A DNA stretch of 64,000 nucleotides from an uncultured Methanosarcinales archaeon (lineage in GTDB: Archaea; Nanobdellota; Nanobdellia; Woesearchaeales; CAYSVS01): assembly GCA_964434475.1 (NCBI GenBank), contig CAYSVS010000001.1:22820-86819 (forward strand). The letters are read 5' to 3'. Below the pieces are notes generated by a model that saw only the letters and a program-made list of their open reading frames with translations, searched no databases and had not been told where the DNA came from. Positions 19,019-28,441 of this stretch are shown in pieces (the stretch's first letter is position 1; each line of letters starts with the position of its first letter). The translations under genes and the position numbers were made by a program.

Positions 19019-19582
19019 ATGACAAATGTATTAATAGAGATGCACGCTTATCTGCAGCAGATGTTTTCGACATTTTTGGGAGATCTTATTGTTGCTGCTA
19101 TTATATTGATAATGGGTTTTGTAGCAGGTAAGATTGCAGAAAGGCTGATATTGAGATTCTTGCATAGTGTTGAATTAGATAATGTGCTTTCAAAAGCAGC
19201 ATCTATCAAATTTTCGCTTGAAACTTTATTATCGCATATAGTTTCGTATTTTATTTATTTTCTAGCTGTAATAATGGCTTTAAACAAACTTGGTCTTACT
19301 ACGACTGTTTTATATATAATAAGTGCAAGTGTTTTAGCTTTGATAGTTTTGGCTACCTTGTTGGCTATGAAAGATTTTCTGCCTAATGCTATAGCAGGAT
19401 TTTTGATATATCAAAAACAGATGTTTAAACAGGATGATTTTGTTCATGTGAAAGATATAGAGGGCACTGTAAAAAAAATAAATCTTATAGAGTCGCAGTT
19501 AGAGACAAAATCAGGCGATATTATCCATATACCTAATTCTACATTTACTAATAATGAATTCTTAATAAAGAAAAAAACTTAA
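19019..19582 (+). CDS. Short MscS-family mechanosensitive channel-like protein
   Basis: Three TM helices followed by a KDIEGTVKKINLIESQLETKSGDIIHIPNSTF segment resembling the MscS beta domain. Shorter than canonical MscS. Confidence 0.45.
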   Translation: MTNVLIEMHAYLQQMFSTFLGDLIVAAIILIMGFVAGKIAERLILRFLHSVELDNVLSKAASIKFSLETLLSHIVSYFIYFLAVIMALNKLGLTTTVLYIISASVLALIVLATLLAMKDFLPNAIAGFLIYQKQMFKQDDFVHVKDIEGTVKKINLIESQLETKSGDIIHIPNSTFTNNEFLIKKKT

Positions 19583-19827
19583 ATTTTCTCTAATATGCTT
19601 ACAATATTCCATATTTGTGTTCTGGCATACTGGTCAAGATTTATGTCATCGCTTATTTCATCCAGTTCGTGTAGTGCTTTATTTATTCTTATAGAAAGTT
19701 CTTTGTCTTCTCTTAAAGCGTCTATTGTGTTTTGCAGCTTATTCTTTATATTTCTTGGAACAGAAGGATCTTCTTGTAGTTCCTGTAATATGGATAAAAC
19801 CTCTTTAATGTGTTCTTCAGATGTCAT
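19579..19827 (-). CDS. UPF0147-family small protein
   Basis: 82 aa. The motif SVPRNIKNKLQNTIDALRED...LDEISDDINLDQYARTQIWNIVSILE matches conserved archaeal UPF0147 proteins. Confidence 0.55.
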   Translation of the reverse strand: MTSEEHIKEVLSILQELQEDPSVPRNIKNKLQNTIDALREDKELSIRINKALHELDEISDDINLDQYARTQIWNIVSILEKI

Positions 19828-19828
19828 T

Positions 19829-20167
19829 TTATTCAGCCTGTAGTTTTTCCATTACTTCTTTCTGCATTGCTTGAGCTTTTTCTTTCATACTTTTTTCTTG
19901 TTTTTCTAATGTTTTTATCCTTATCTCTACTGTCTCTTTTTTTGTTTCCAGATCTTTCTTAAGATCTTCCTTTTTTGAAGAGACCATTATGTTGCCTACT
20001 ATCTTATAGGCTTTTTCTGTTTTATCAAGCTCACCTAATGCGGAGTTTATCTCTAATAATTGTGATTGGAACTGTTGTCTTTGAACTAAAAATTGCTGCA
20101 TAGATTGCTCCAATAATTGCAGCTGTTGTATTTTTTCTTGTGTTTTTTTATCCATATTGTCTGTCAT
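19829..20167 (-). CDS. pfdB: Prefoldin beta subunit
   Basis: 112 aa coiled-coil protein (QQLQLLEQSMQQFLVQRQQFQSQLLEINSALGEL). Sits in the conserved L37ae-RpoP-Pcc1-PfdB arrangement. Confidence 0.75.
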   Translation of the reverse strand: MTDNMDKKTQEKIQQLQLLEQSMQQFLVQRQQFQSQLLEINSALGELDKTEKAYKIVGNIMVSSKKEDLKKDLETKKETVEIRIKTLEKQEKSMKEKAQAMQKEVMEKLQAE

Positions 20168-20385
20168 TTTATATCATCTATTTTTTCATATGCTGTAAGC
20201 AGTTTTGTTATTCCGTTTAATGCTGCTCTTAATGCCACAGAGTCATCTGCATTAACCTGAAATTTCAAGTGATCAGGATGTTTTGTTAGACTTACCTGAC
20301 TTCTACCCATCTGTTCAAGCTCTGGTTTTATGCTTTCAAAAACATCGTGTTTTACTTTTGCTATTATTGTTGTTTGATATTTCAT
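20164..20385 (-). CDS. pcc1: KEOPS complex subunit Pcc1-like
   Basis: 73 aa. The call rests on its position between rpoP and pfdB, as in the archaeal exosome superoperon, plus an ...ALRAALNGITKLLT... segment. Confidence 0.5.
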   Translation of the reverse strand: MKYQTTIIAKVKHDVFESIKPELEQMGRSQVSLTKHPDHLKFQVNADDSVALRAALNGITKLLTAYEKIDDIK

Positions 20386-20519
20386 ATTGCTTTTATTTTT
20401 GTTTTGGTAGATCTTGGCTTGAACAATATTTTACTCCCGCAATAAGGGCATCTTATATTTTTTCTCAGATAGTCTTTACTGACTGTTTTGTCGCATTTAA
20501 AGCATTTGTAGGTTGCCAT
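20382..20519 (-). CDS. rpoP: RNA polymerase subunit Rpo12/RpoP (45 aa, absent from the ORF track)
   Basis: Hand translation gives MATYKCFKCDKTVSKDYLRKNIRCPYCGSKILFKPRSTKTKIKAI, a C-x2-C...C-x2-C zinc ribbon with the conserved RCPYCGSKIL motif. Its TGA overlaps the pcc1 ATG. Confidence 0.75.
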   Translation of the reverse strand: MATYKCFKCDKTVSKDYLRKNIRCPYCGSKILFKPRSTKTKIKAI

Positions 20520-20523
20520 TTTA

Positions 20524-20805
20524 TTATTTTTCCTCTTCTTGAGTTTTTTCTTCTATATCTTCAGTCTCTTCTTTTTTAACTTTCTTTTTAGCAATTGTAT
20601 AAGCTTTTCCTGTGAATTTTTTATTGCACTTAGTACAGTTCCATATTCCTGCAGATATTCTTCTTACTCTTACTGCATTGCAATATGGGCATTTGTGCTT
20701 TTTTCTTTGTTCTGCTTCGATAGCGCCCATTTTATCTCTTAATGCTTTACCGTATCTAGTACCAAAACGTTTTGTTGAATTTGTTTTTTTTACTTTTAAT
20801 GCCAT
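20524..20805 (-). CDS. rpl37ae: Ribosomal protein L37ae
   Basis: 93 aa. RFGTRYGKALRDK...CPYCNAVRVRRISAGIWNCTKCNKKFTGKAY is a canonical L37ae zinc ribbon. Confidence 0.85.
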   Translation of the reverse strand: MALKVKKTNSTKRFGTRYGKALRDKMGAIEAEQRKKHKCPYCNAVRVRRISAGIWNCTKCNKKFTGKAYTIAKKKVKKEETEDIEEKTQEEEK

Positions 20806-20828
20806 AATTATTTCACCTTAAATAAATA

Positions 20829-20903
20829 TGGGGCTACCCAGATTTGAACTGGGGTCTTCTGGTCCCAAACCAGAAAGGATGAACCAAGCTACCCAATAGC
20901 CCC
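20829..20903 (-). tRNA. tRNA-Pro (anticodon UGG), 75 nt, no encoded CCA
   Basis: Hand-folded cloverleaf: acceptor GGGGCUA/UAGCCCC, anticodon stem UCUGG/CCAGA with loop UUUGGGA (U33, UGG, G37), T-arm CCCAG-UUCAAAU-CUGGG, discriminator A. Confidence 0.8.
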
Positions 20904-20990
20904 ATATAGTATACTGTGAAATTTTTGAAGTATATTTAAAGGTTACGGTATTTACGAAGTTTTATAAATAATTGTATTTTTTGTTATATT

Positions 20991-22088
20991 ATGGCAATAA
21001 CAGCACAACAAAAATATAAATTGAAGAAATTAGTGAAGAAATTATCTCAATATAGGGGCAGACATACTGAATTGGTCAGTGTCTATATTCCAAATGGTTA
21101 TGATATGAATAAGATAATCAACCATTTATCACAGGAGCAGGGCACTGCTACAAATATAAAATCTACATCTACAAGAAAGAATGTAATAGATGCTTTAGAG
21201 AAGATGATTCAGCATCTTAAGCTATATCCTCAGACACCGCCTAACGGGTTGGCTGTTTTTTCAGGTAATGTAGCGGAAAGAGAAGGTCAAAGTGATGTTA
21301 AAGTATGGAGTATTGAGCCACCAGTACCTTTGAATGTGCGTATATATAGATGCGACAAGGCGTTTGTTTTAGAGCATATAGAGGATATGCTGGAAGTTAA
21401 GGAGATGTATGGCTTGGTTGTTATGGACAGAAGAGATGCTACCATAGCTGTATTAAAAGGAAAAACTATTGTTCCTTTGGTAAAAACACATTCCGAAGTT
21501 CCAGGAAAGTTTAAAACAGGCGGTCAATCAGCTTATAGGTTTGCACAGAATCGTGAGCTTGCAGCTAAGGCGCATTACAAAAAAGTCGGTGATTATATGA
21601 AAGAGCAATGGCTTGGTAACACTGATCTTAAAGCGATTTTGGTAGGAGGACCAGGTCCTACAAAAAATGATTTTGTAAATGGTAGTTTTATCGCGACAGA
21701 ACTTAAGCAAAAGATAATTGCAATCAAGGATCTGAGCTATACTGATGAATTCGGATTACAGGAGCTGCTTGAAAAAAGCCAAGATGTTCTTGCTTCAGAA
21801 GAGGTTGTAGAAGAGAAAAAGGCCATGGCAGAGTTTTTTGATCTTTTGAATAAACAGCCAGGTATAGTAAACTATGGTGAAGCTCAAGTTATGGCAAATC
21901 TTGAGATGGGTGCTGTCGATACATTGTTGCTTTCTGAAGATCTTGATGATGATTCTGTCGAGAAGTTTGAAGAAAAAGCTCAAGAACTTGGTACAACTGT
22001 TAAGATAATCTCTACTGAAACCAGAGAAGGTGTACAGTTAAGAGATATAGGCAAGGTAGCTGCTATTCTACGTTATGAAGTGCAGTAA
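20991..22088 (+). CDS. prf1: Peptide chain release factor aRF1
   Basis: NIKS motif (TNIKSTSTRKNV) and GGQ motif (KFKTGGQSAYRF). 365 aa. Confidence 0.85.
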   Translation: MAITAQQKYKLKKLVKKLSQYRGRHTELVSVYIPNGYDMNKIINHLSQEQGTATNIKSTSTRKNVIDALEKMIQHLKLYPQTPPNGLAVFSGNVAEREGQSDVKVWSIEPPVPLNVRIYRCDKAFVLEHIEDMLEVKEMYGLVVMDRRDATIAVLKGKTIVPLVKTHSEVPGKFKTGGQSAYRFAQNRELAAKAHYKKVGDYMKEQWLGNTDLKAILVGGPGPTKNDFVNGSFIATELKQKIIAIKDLSYTDEFGLQELLEKSQDVLASEEVVEEKKAMAEFFDLLNKQPGIVNYGEAQVMANLEMGAVDTLLLSEDLDDDSVEKFEEKAQELGTTVKIISTETREGVQLRDIGKVAAILRYEVQ

Positions 22089-22453
22089 ATTAAAAGGTTT
22101 ATATGTTTAGTAAGATTAATCTTACTCAGGTGAAGATGAAGGATTTTGCTATTGCAAAAATGAGTTCTAAAGCCCAGATGGTTATACCTGCCGAGATAAT
22201 GCGTCCTGTCTTTTACGAATAAATCTATTGATATTATTGGATTTTACATTCTTTTTTTTATCTAGGTGTTTTAGCTTTTATTACAAACTGGGTTTTATAC
22301 TTCATAGCTTTGCTATGACGGGTAGTTAGATTTTAGGAATTTTTATTGATTTATATTAAAATGTTACTGATAAATGATTACTTTAAGTGTCTATAATCTT
22401 AATTTAGTCAAAACCAATAATCTATATATATTATTGAATAAATTCTTATTTTT

Positions 22454-23146
22454 ATGTCAGAAGAACTTGTAAGGGAAGCGTTCGTATTATTGTATTCTAC
22501 CTGTAATGTAAATAGCTACAAATTCTCTCTTACTTATTCAGGAAGGTTCAAGGATTACGGAGCTAATGTAAAGTATTGCATGAACAAGGTTGATTTTTCA
22601 TTGTCCAAAAAATGGAAGAATGTGAACAAGAATATAGTTATTGGACTATTACATGAATTGTTTGTCAAAGTATTCAAGGCCAAAAATCCAAGCACCTATT
22701 TTTATATTGACCTATACAATGCATTCATAAGGAATGCGCATATAGCAGCACCCAAAACAAAATTTGAGCCTTTATTGGAAGAATCTTTTGATAGGGTAAA
22801 TGAAAAATACTTCCATAATTCTATAGAAAAGCCAAATCTTATATGGGGTAAAAACAATAGAAGAAAATTAGGATGTTATGATTTTAATACAGATACTATT
22901 ACTATAAGCAGGATATTTAAGAATAAAGACTTTGTTTTTCTTGATTATGTGATGTATCATGAGATGCTGCATAAGGATATAAAGTTTGATTCTAAAAAAG
23001 GAAAAAGCAGATTTCACAGTAAAGAATTTAGAAGACGAGAAAAAGAGTTTGAAAACGCTGAATTGATAGAAAAAGCGATAAATAATGGTTTTAGAACCCA
23101 AAAACGCTTAAATCTCTTCCAAAAGCTGTTATTTAAGCAGGATTAG
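22454..23146 (+). CDS. YgjP/DUF45-like HExxH metal-dependent hydrolase
   Basis: 230 aa with a C-terminal YHEMLHKDIKFDSKKGKSRFHSKEF (HExxH...H...F) motif, as in the DUF45/SprT-like families. Confidence 0.45.
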   Translation: MSEELVREAFVLLYSTCNVNSYKFSLTYSGRFKDYGANVKYCMNKVDFSLSKKWKNVNKNIVIGLLHELFVKVFKAKNPSTYFYIDLYNAFIRNAHIAAPKTKFEPLLEESFDRVNEKYFHNSIEKPNLIWGKNNRRKLGCYDFNTDTITISRIFKNKDFVFLDYVMYHEMLHKDIKFDSKKGKSRFHSKEFRRREKEFENAELIEKAINNGFRTQKRLNLFQKLLFKQD

Positions 23147-23211
23147 CCTTTTTATGCGTAAAGTTTAAATATTCCCTGATTTTTAAGATTGAAAACAGTG
23201 GAGGATTTTAA

Positions 23212-23424
23212 ATGGCACAATCACAAAAATTACTGCCTTTGGCTGCAATGGAAAAGATCCTTAAAAAATCAGGGGCTGAAAGAGTTTCTGATAAAGCAAA
23301 AGAGGCTTTGAAAATGGTAATAGAGGATATTGCAGAGGAGATAGCTTCTCAAGCGGTTAGATTAGCTTTGCATGCTGGCAGAAAAACAATAAAAGCTAGA
23401 GATATTAAATTAGCAGCTAAATAA
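23212..23424 (+). CDS. Archaeal histone (HMf family)
   Basis: 70 aa. [58 protein letters not shown] is a classic histone fold. Confidence 0.8.
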   Translation: MAQSQKLLPLAAMEKILKKSGAERVSDKAKEALKMVIEDIAEEIASQAVRLALHAGRKTIKARDIKLAAK

Positions 23425-23540
23425 CATTTCTTGAACAAATCAAGACATACGAAATGTAAGAAATAAGCTATTTTATCAAAACTTTTATAAATAAACTATT
23501 TTTTCGTTAGTTTAAAAGAAAGGTATTAGGTGAGTAAATT

Positions 23541-23939
23541 ATGGCTGGAACACAACCAAAAAGTATAGGATCATTACAAAAAGGAAATTTTGTTATTATT
23601 GATGATGTAGCTTGCAAGGTTACAGATACACAAACTTCAAGACCTGGAAAACATGGTCACGCGAAAGTAAGGCTTACTGGTGCAGGCTTGATAGATGATA
23701 AGAAAAGGGTCATTGTTATGCCAGGGCATGATAATATTGATGTTCCTATTATAGATAAAAAGACCGCTCAAGTGTTAAGTATAACAGGCGATAAAGCAAA
23801 TGTTATGGATGCGGAATCCTACGAGACATTTGATATTGATATACCTCCTGAACTTAAGGATCAGGTTGTTGAAGGATGTAATGTGTTGTACTGGGAAATA
23901 CTTGATGATAAAGTGATGAAACAAGTAAAGAGTGAATAA
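23541..23939 (+). CDS. eif5a: Translation initiation factor 5A (aIF5A)
   Basis: SRPGKHGHAKVRLTGAGLIDDKK hypusination loop (GKHGHAK). 132 aa. Confidence 0.85.
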   Translation: MAGTQPKSIGSLQKGNFVIIDDVACKVTDTQTSRPGKHGHAKVRLTGAGLIDDKKRVIVMPGHDNIDVPIIDKKTAQVLSITGDKANVMDAESYETFDIDIPPELKDQVVEGCNVLYWEILDDKVMKQVKSE

Positions 23940-23986
23940 ATTATGAAAATTAAAAACATTTTCAAAATTAAAACGAGGATTTAACC

Positions 23987-24148
23987 ATGGCAAAATTCGC
24001 AGAAGCTACAAAAAGGCTGTTTTCAAATATATTTGTGTGCAGGAAATGCAAGACTAAGATGCGTGCACCTAACTTGAAAGTATTAGCTGGCAAAGTAAAG
24101 TGCAGAAACTGTAATAGCAGAATACTTAGACCTGTCAGAAAAAAATGA
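23987..24148 (+). CDS. rpl40e: Ribosomal protein L40e (53 aa, absent from the ORF track)
   Basis: Hand translation gives MAKFAEATKRLFSNIFVCRKCKTKMRAPNLKVLAGKVKCRNCNSRILRPVRKK, an L40e-type C4 zinc ribbon. Its TGA overlaps the downstream ATG. Confidence 0.7.
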   Translation: MAKFAEATKRLFSNIFVCRKCKTKMRAPNLKVLAGKVKCRNCNSRILRPVRKK

Positions 24149-25299
24149 ATCTTAATCTAGTATTTGCTCTTATTTTTTATTCTTTAGTTATTGTTTTGAT
24201 TTATAAATATAAGCATAAGTTTGATTTCCATGCAAAGATTATTGCCTTGTATAGGACTAAGATAGGATTAAAGGCAATGGACAAGATAGCTAAATTTAGT
24301 CCTAAGATTTGGAAAATTTGGGGTTATTTAGGTATTGTCGCGGGTTATTTGGGTTTGTTTTTTATAAGCTATATATTAGTAAAAGGTGCTTTTGATCTTA
24401 TACTTTTTCCAGAAGCTCCTGCTGCAGTCACTCCTGTACTTCCTGGAATAAAGATACCAGGAAGTCCTGTATTTATTCCTTTCTGGAGTGGAATAATATC
24501 TATATTTATTGTTGCATTTGTGCATGAATTTGCACATGGAATAATGGCGAGATTATATGGTATGAAGGTCAAAAGTTCAGGTATATTCTTTTTAGGGCCT
24601 ATAATAGGCGCTTTTGTCGAACCTGATGAAGAGAAACTAAAAAGTTCTACCAAGATACAGCAATTGTCTGTTTTTGCAGCAGGTCCTTTTGCAAACATAT
24701 GTTTAGGTATCATAGTATTGATGCTTATGGTTTTTTTTGTAGTCCCTATAGCAAGCTCTATGGTAAATCCTGATGGAGTAATATTTACAGAGACAGTTGA
24801 AGGATATCCTGCACAAAAGGCAGGTATAGGTAGTGGTGCTTTGATCAAATATGCAGACGATACAAGAATAATGAATAAAGAAAATCTTACACATATATTA
24901 TCAAATAAAAGACCTGGTGATGAGCTAGTATTAGGAGATGGAGATAATAATTATACACTTACTTTAGCTTCTAATCCTGATAATGATTCTAAAGCTTATA
25001 TGGGTGCTTTTCTTGAGCAAAAGTATGATATTAAGAAAGGTCATAGTAAGATTTTTTCAAATATTATGTTTTATTTTATAGATTTTTTAAGAATATTGTT
25101 TATGCTTACGATGGGTATAGGTTTTGCTAACTTATTGCCTTTAGGGCCAGTAGACGGAGGAAGGATGCTGCAGGTAACTTTGTATAAGTGGTTCGACAAG
25201 ACAAAAGCTAATAAAATATGGGCTAAGTTGAGTACATTAATGCTTTTCATACTTCTGTTTAATCTGTTTTATCCTATGTTGAGGAGTATCATTTTTTAA
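24145..25299 (+). CDS. Site-2 protease (M50 family, RseP-like) with PDZ domain
   Basis: HEFAHGIMARLYGMKV HExxH inside a TM helix. Multi-TM with a central soluble PDZ-like segment. Confidence 0.75.
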   Translation: MNLNLVFALIFYSLVIVLIYKYKHKFDFHAKIIALYRTKIGLKAMDKIAKFSPKIWKIWGYLGIVAGYLGLFFISYILVKGAFDLILFPEAPAAVTPVLPGIKIPGSPVFIPFWSGIISIFIVAFVHEFAHGIMARLYGMKVKSSGIFFLGPIIGAFVEPDEEKLKSSTKIQQLSVFAAGPFANICLGIIVLMLMVFFVVPIASSMVNPDGVIFTETVEGYPAQKAGIGSGALIKYADDTRIMNKENLTHILSNKRPGDELVLGDGDNNYTLTLASNPDNDSKAYMGAFLEQKYDIKKGHSKIFSNIMFYFIDFLRILFMLTMGIGFANLLPLGPVDGGRMLQVTLYKWFDKTKANKIWAKLSTLMLFILLFNLFYPMLRSIIF

Positions 25300-25301
25300 A
25301 G

Positions 25302-25988
25302 ATGATTTCTATCATTTTACTTGAACCAGAACATCCTGGTAATATTGGAGCAATTGCAAGGGTGATGGCTAATTTTGATTTTGATAAATTGGTCATAGTC
25401 AATCCTAAATGCGATCCAAGATGTGAAGAAGCTATAAACAGAAGTAAACATGGAAAGCATGTTCTTGAAAAAGCCAAGGTATTGAAAAGAATACCTAAAC
25501 AGGATTATCTTATTGCAACGACAGCTAAACTCGGAACAGATTACAATTTAAGAAGAACTCCTCTTACTCCTGAACAATCTGCTGATAAACTGGCAATAGT
25601 TAAGAATAGAAAAGTAGGTGTGCTTATAGGAAGAGAAAGCTACGGATTATTTAACGAAGAGATAGAAAAATGCGATTTTGTCGTAACAATACCTGCTAGT
25701 AAGAAATATTCAACATTAAACATAAGCCATAGTGTTGCTGTTATAGTTTATGAATTGCATAAGAAACTTGGCAAAAGAAAATCAAATGCAAAAATAACTC
25801 CAATATCTTATGCAGAAAAAAAACAGATAAATAAGATGTTTAATCATATTTTTAAAAAACTAGATTGGAAGACAAAAGAAAAGAAACAAACACAACAAAC
25901 ATTGTGGAAAAGGATAATGGGCAAGGCAATGCTAAGCAAAAGGGAAGCATACGCTGTTATGGGTTTTCTAAGAAAGTTAATTAAATGA
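25302..25988 (+). CDS. SPOUT (SpoU/TrmH-class) RNA 2'-O-methyltransferase
   Basis: ISIILLEPEHPGNIGAIARVMANFDFDKLVIVNP and ...NISHSVAVIVYEL motifs of SpoU methyltransferases. K-rich C-terminal tail. Confidence 0.65.
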   Translation: MISIILLEPEHPGNIGAIARVMANFDFDKLVIVNPKCDPRCEEAINRSKHGKHVLEKAKVLKRIPKQDYLIATTAKLGTDYNLRRTPLTPEQSADKLAIVKNRKVGVLIGRESYGLFNEEIEKCDFVVTIPASKKYSTLNISHSVAVIVYELHKKLGKRKSNAKITPISYAEKKQINKMFNHIFKKLDWKTKEKKQTQQTLWKRIMGKAMLSKREAYAVMGFLRKLIK

Positions 25989-25995
25989 TTTTAAT

Positions 25996-26991
25996 TTACA
26001 GATGATGTCCTTTTTCGTATATTTCTAATAATGTTATAAATACTATAAGTATTAAAGGTCCTATAAACAAGCCTACTATTCCCATATAAATCAATCCGCC
26101 TAATGCACCTAAAAGTATAATTAATGGATTTATTTTTGTAGCTTCTCCTACGATGTTTGGTTTAAGTATATTATCTATAGTTCCTATAATGAAGATTCCT
26201 ATCATCATTATGCTGGTTCCTATTATATATTCACCTATCATAAAATGGTAGATAGCTACAGGCAGCCAGACTAAAGGAGCTCCTATCAAAGGCAGTAAAG
26301 AGAGTACAAACATCACGAATCCCCAGAATACTGGTGAAGGCACCCCGAACATATAGAACATGAATCCTCCTATAAAACCTTGAATCATAGCTACTATTAT
26401 TGTTCCATATAATGTTGCAAAGATTAATTTATGTAATTTATCCATTATTTTAGATTTCTTCTTTGTTTTCATCGGAAATATCTTTTCAGTTTTTTTCACT
26501 ATTTCTGGTCCGAACATCAAGAAATAATATAATGCGAAAAACAATATCAATAGGTTGAGCATAGTTGTTGATATGACGCCTAAAATGTTCCGTGTATTTT
26601 TTATGATAGTTTCTGATGCGCTTTGCAATCCAGAAGCCAGATATTCTGATATGTCTATCTCATGTCCTTTTATTTCTAAATCAGTTCTGAATATCTTGTC
26701 TTTTTCTAGCTTTGAATAAACTTGTGTAGTTTCTTTGACCAATGAGTTTAGTAATATTGCTGAAGGTATTATAACTACCAGGATAATTATGATGACTGAT
26801 AAGAATGCAGATATTTTTTTATTTTTTATTTTTTTATTTATCAGCAGATACATAGGTCTAAAGATAAGTGCTAATATGGCTGAAAAAAGCAACGCAACAA
26901 AGAATGGTTTTAATATGTGGAAACTTAAGAATGCGACTAGCATGAATATGAATACAAACATATATTTACTGATTATATCTTTTTTTGGCAT
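25996..26991 (-). CDS. AI-2E family transporter (PerM/UPF0118)
   Basis: 331 aa, ~8 TM, with the C-terminal GLIYMGIVGLFIGPLILIV signature region. Confidence 0.6.
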   Translation of the reverse strand: MPKKDIISKYMFVFIFMLVAFLSFHILKPFFVALLFSAILALIFRPMYLLINKKIKNKKISAFLSVIIIILVVIIPSAILLNSLVKETTQVYSKLEKDKIFRTDLEIKGHEIDISEYLASGLQSASETIIKNTRNILGVISTTMLNLLILFFALYYFLMFGPEIVKKTEKIFPMKTKKKSKIMDKLHKLIFATLYGTIIVAMIQGFIGGFMFYMFGVPSPVFWGFVMFVLSLLPLIGAPLVWLPVAIYHFMIGEYIIGTSIMMIGIFIIGTIDNILKPNIVGEATKINPLIILLGALGGLIYMGIVGLFIGPLILIVFITLLEIYEKGHHL

Positions 26992-27030
26992 TAGCCATTA
27001 CCTCTTTTTTATTGTAGATAAAATTAATTC

Positions 27031-27366
27031 TTATTTATTAAGTTTTTCTTTTATTTTTTCTAGATGGACTTTTACTCTTTTATCTCCTTTTGGATGAGCT
27101 TTAGGACCTAAACCATAGTATGTTTTTTTCGCGCTTGGACCCCATGAATAATTTCCGCTTACATCTTTTATTTCTGAAATGATGAACTCTTCTGTTTCAA
27201 TACCTTTTTTCAGATGATAGTATATAGAACGCATAGTTGCTGCAGGATAAATTTCTCTGTATATCTTGTATACATCATAGCCCGTGCCTTTGCCAATAAC
27301 ATTTAGGATTTCTACGATTGCCTGTCTTATCTCGCTGCCTAAAGGTCTTCCTTTGAGTTTTATCAT
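27031..27366 (-). CDS. Small winged-helix-like putative DNA-binding protein
   Basis: 111 aa with an RQAIVEILNVIGKGTGYDVYKIYREIY helix-turn-helix-like segment. Weak call. Confidence 0.3.
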   Translation of the reverse strand: MIKLKGRPLGSEIRQAIVEILNVIGKGTGYDVYKIYREIYPAATMRSIYYHLKKGIETEEFIISEIKDVSGNYSWGPSAKKTYYGLGPKAHPKGDKRVKVHLEKIKEKLNK

Positions 27367-27422
27367 ATGCTATTATGTTGGTGTTAACATTTATATACTT
27401 TTTGTTTATATTGAAAATAAAT

Positions 27423-28394
27423 ATGAAATATTTATTTGTATTATCTAAAGAAGATATTGGTATTGCAAAAGAAGAAGTGCTTGCTTTGGTTAGTTGTATA
27501 GACAATAAGTTGATAGATAATTATCTTATATTAAATAGGAAAATAAAGATAAGCAATAATATTCTGAAAAGATTAGCGTATACGAAAAAAGTATATAGGG
27601 TCTTGTTTATTCCTAAATCAAAAAAGGATTACGACAATTTTGACTGGCAGAGATATTATAAGAATAGTTTTTCTGTCAGAGCTTATGGAGAATTAAGAAA
27701 AAAAGAGCAAGATTTTGCGAATTTAATATACTACAGATTATCTGATCCTTTAGTAGATCTAAAAGATGCAAAAACAAAGTTTGGTTTCTATAAAATAAAG
27801 AATAAAATATACGTGTGTAAATTGTTGAATGAGAATGATGAAGATTTCCAGTCAAGAAGAAGCCATCTAAGGCCTAAATCATCTGGAACAAGTATGCATC
27901 CTAAATTAGCAAGAGCCTGTGTTAATCTGACAGGCATCAAAAGAGGATATCTTGTAGATTGTTTCTGTGGAAACGGAGGTATATTGATAGAAGCAGGCTT
28001 GATGTGTTTAAGTCCTATAGGATATGATATTGATGATACAAGCATAAAAAAGGCAAAGATAAATCTTGATCATTATAAGATAAGATTTTATAAGCTTTTA
28101 AAGAAAGATGCTGTTGAACTAAAAAGAACAATAAGATATTTAGCTACTGATATGCCTTATGGAAAAAGCAGCAAAATGAGTGATGAATTGGATAAGTTAT
28201 ATTCTGGTTTTTTTAATAATTTGAGACATATCTTGCAAAAAAAAGCAGTAGTCATATTTCCTCATTATGTTGATCATAAAAAATATTTGAAGGATTTTAA
28301 TATAGTTGATGTCTTCAGGAAATATATTCATAAGAGTTTAACTAAAGTTATTGTTATTATAGAGCCAAAAAGAAAGAGGACTATTTTCAAATAA
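27423..28394 (+). CDS. tRNA (guanine-N2) methyltransferase (Trm-G10/Trm11-like, THUMP-type N-terminus)
   Basis: LVDCFCGNGGILIEAG SAM motif and a DMPYG (D/NPPY-type) motif. Start is probably the ATG at 27423 (MKYLFVLSKE); the track opens at 27375. Confidence 0.6.
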   Translation: MKYLFVLSKEDIGIAKEEVLALVSCIDNKLIDNYLILNRKIKISNNILKRLAYTKKVYRVLFIPKSKKDYDNFDWQRYYKNSFSVRAYGELRKKEQDFANLIYYRLSDPLVDLKDAKTKFGFYKIKNKIYVCKLLNENDEDFQSRRSHLRPKSSGTSMHPKLARACVNLTGIKRGYLVDCFCGNGGILIEAGLMCLSPIGYDIDDTSIKKAKINLDHYKIRFYKLLKKDAVELKRTIRYLATDMPYGKSSKMSDELDKLYSGFFNNLRHILQKKAVVIFPHYVDHKKYLKDFNIVDVFRKYIHKSLTKVIVIIEPKRKRTIFK

Positions 28395-28441
28395 TAACAA
28401 AATATTTTAAAGCAAGTGATATTTTATGTTCTAAAAACGGG

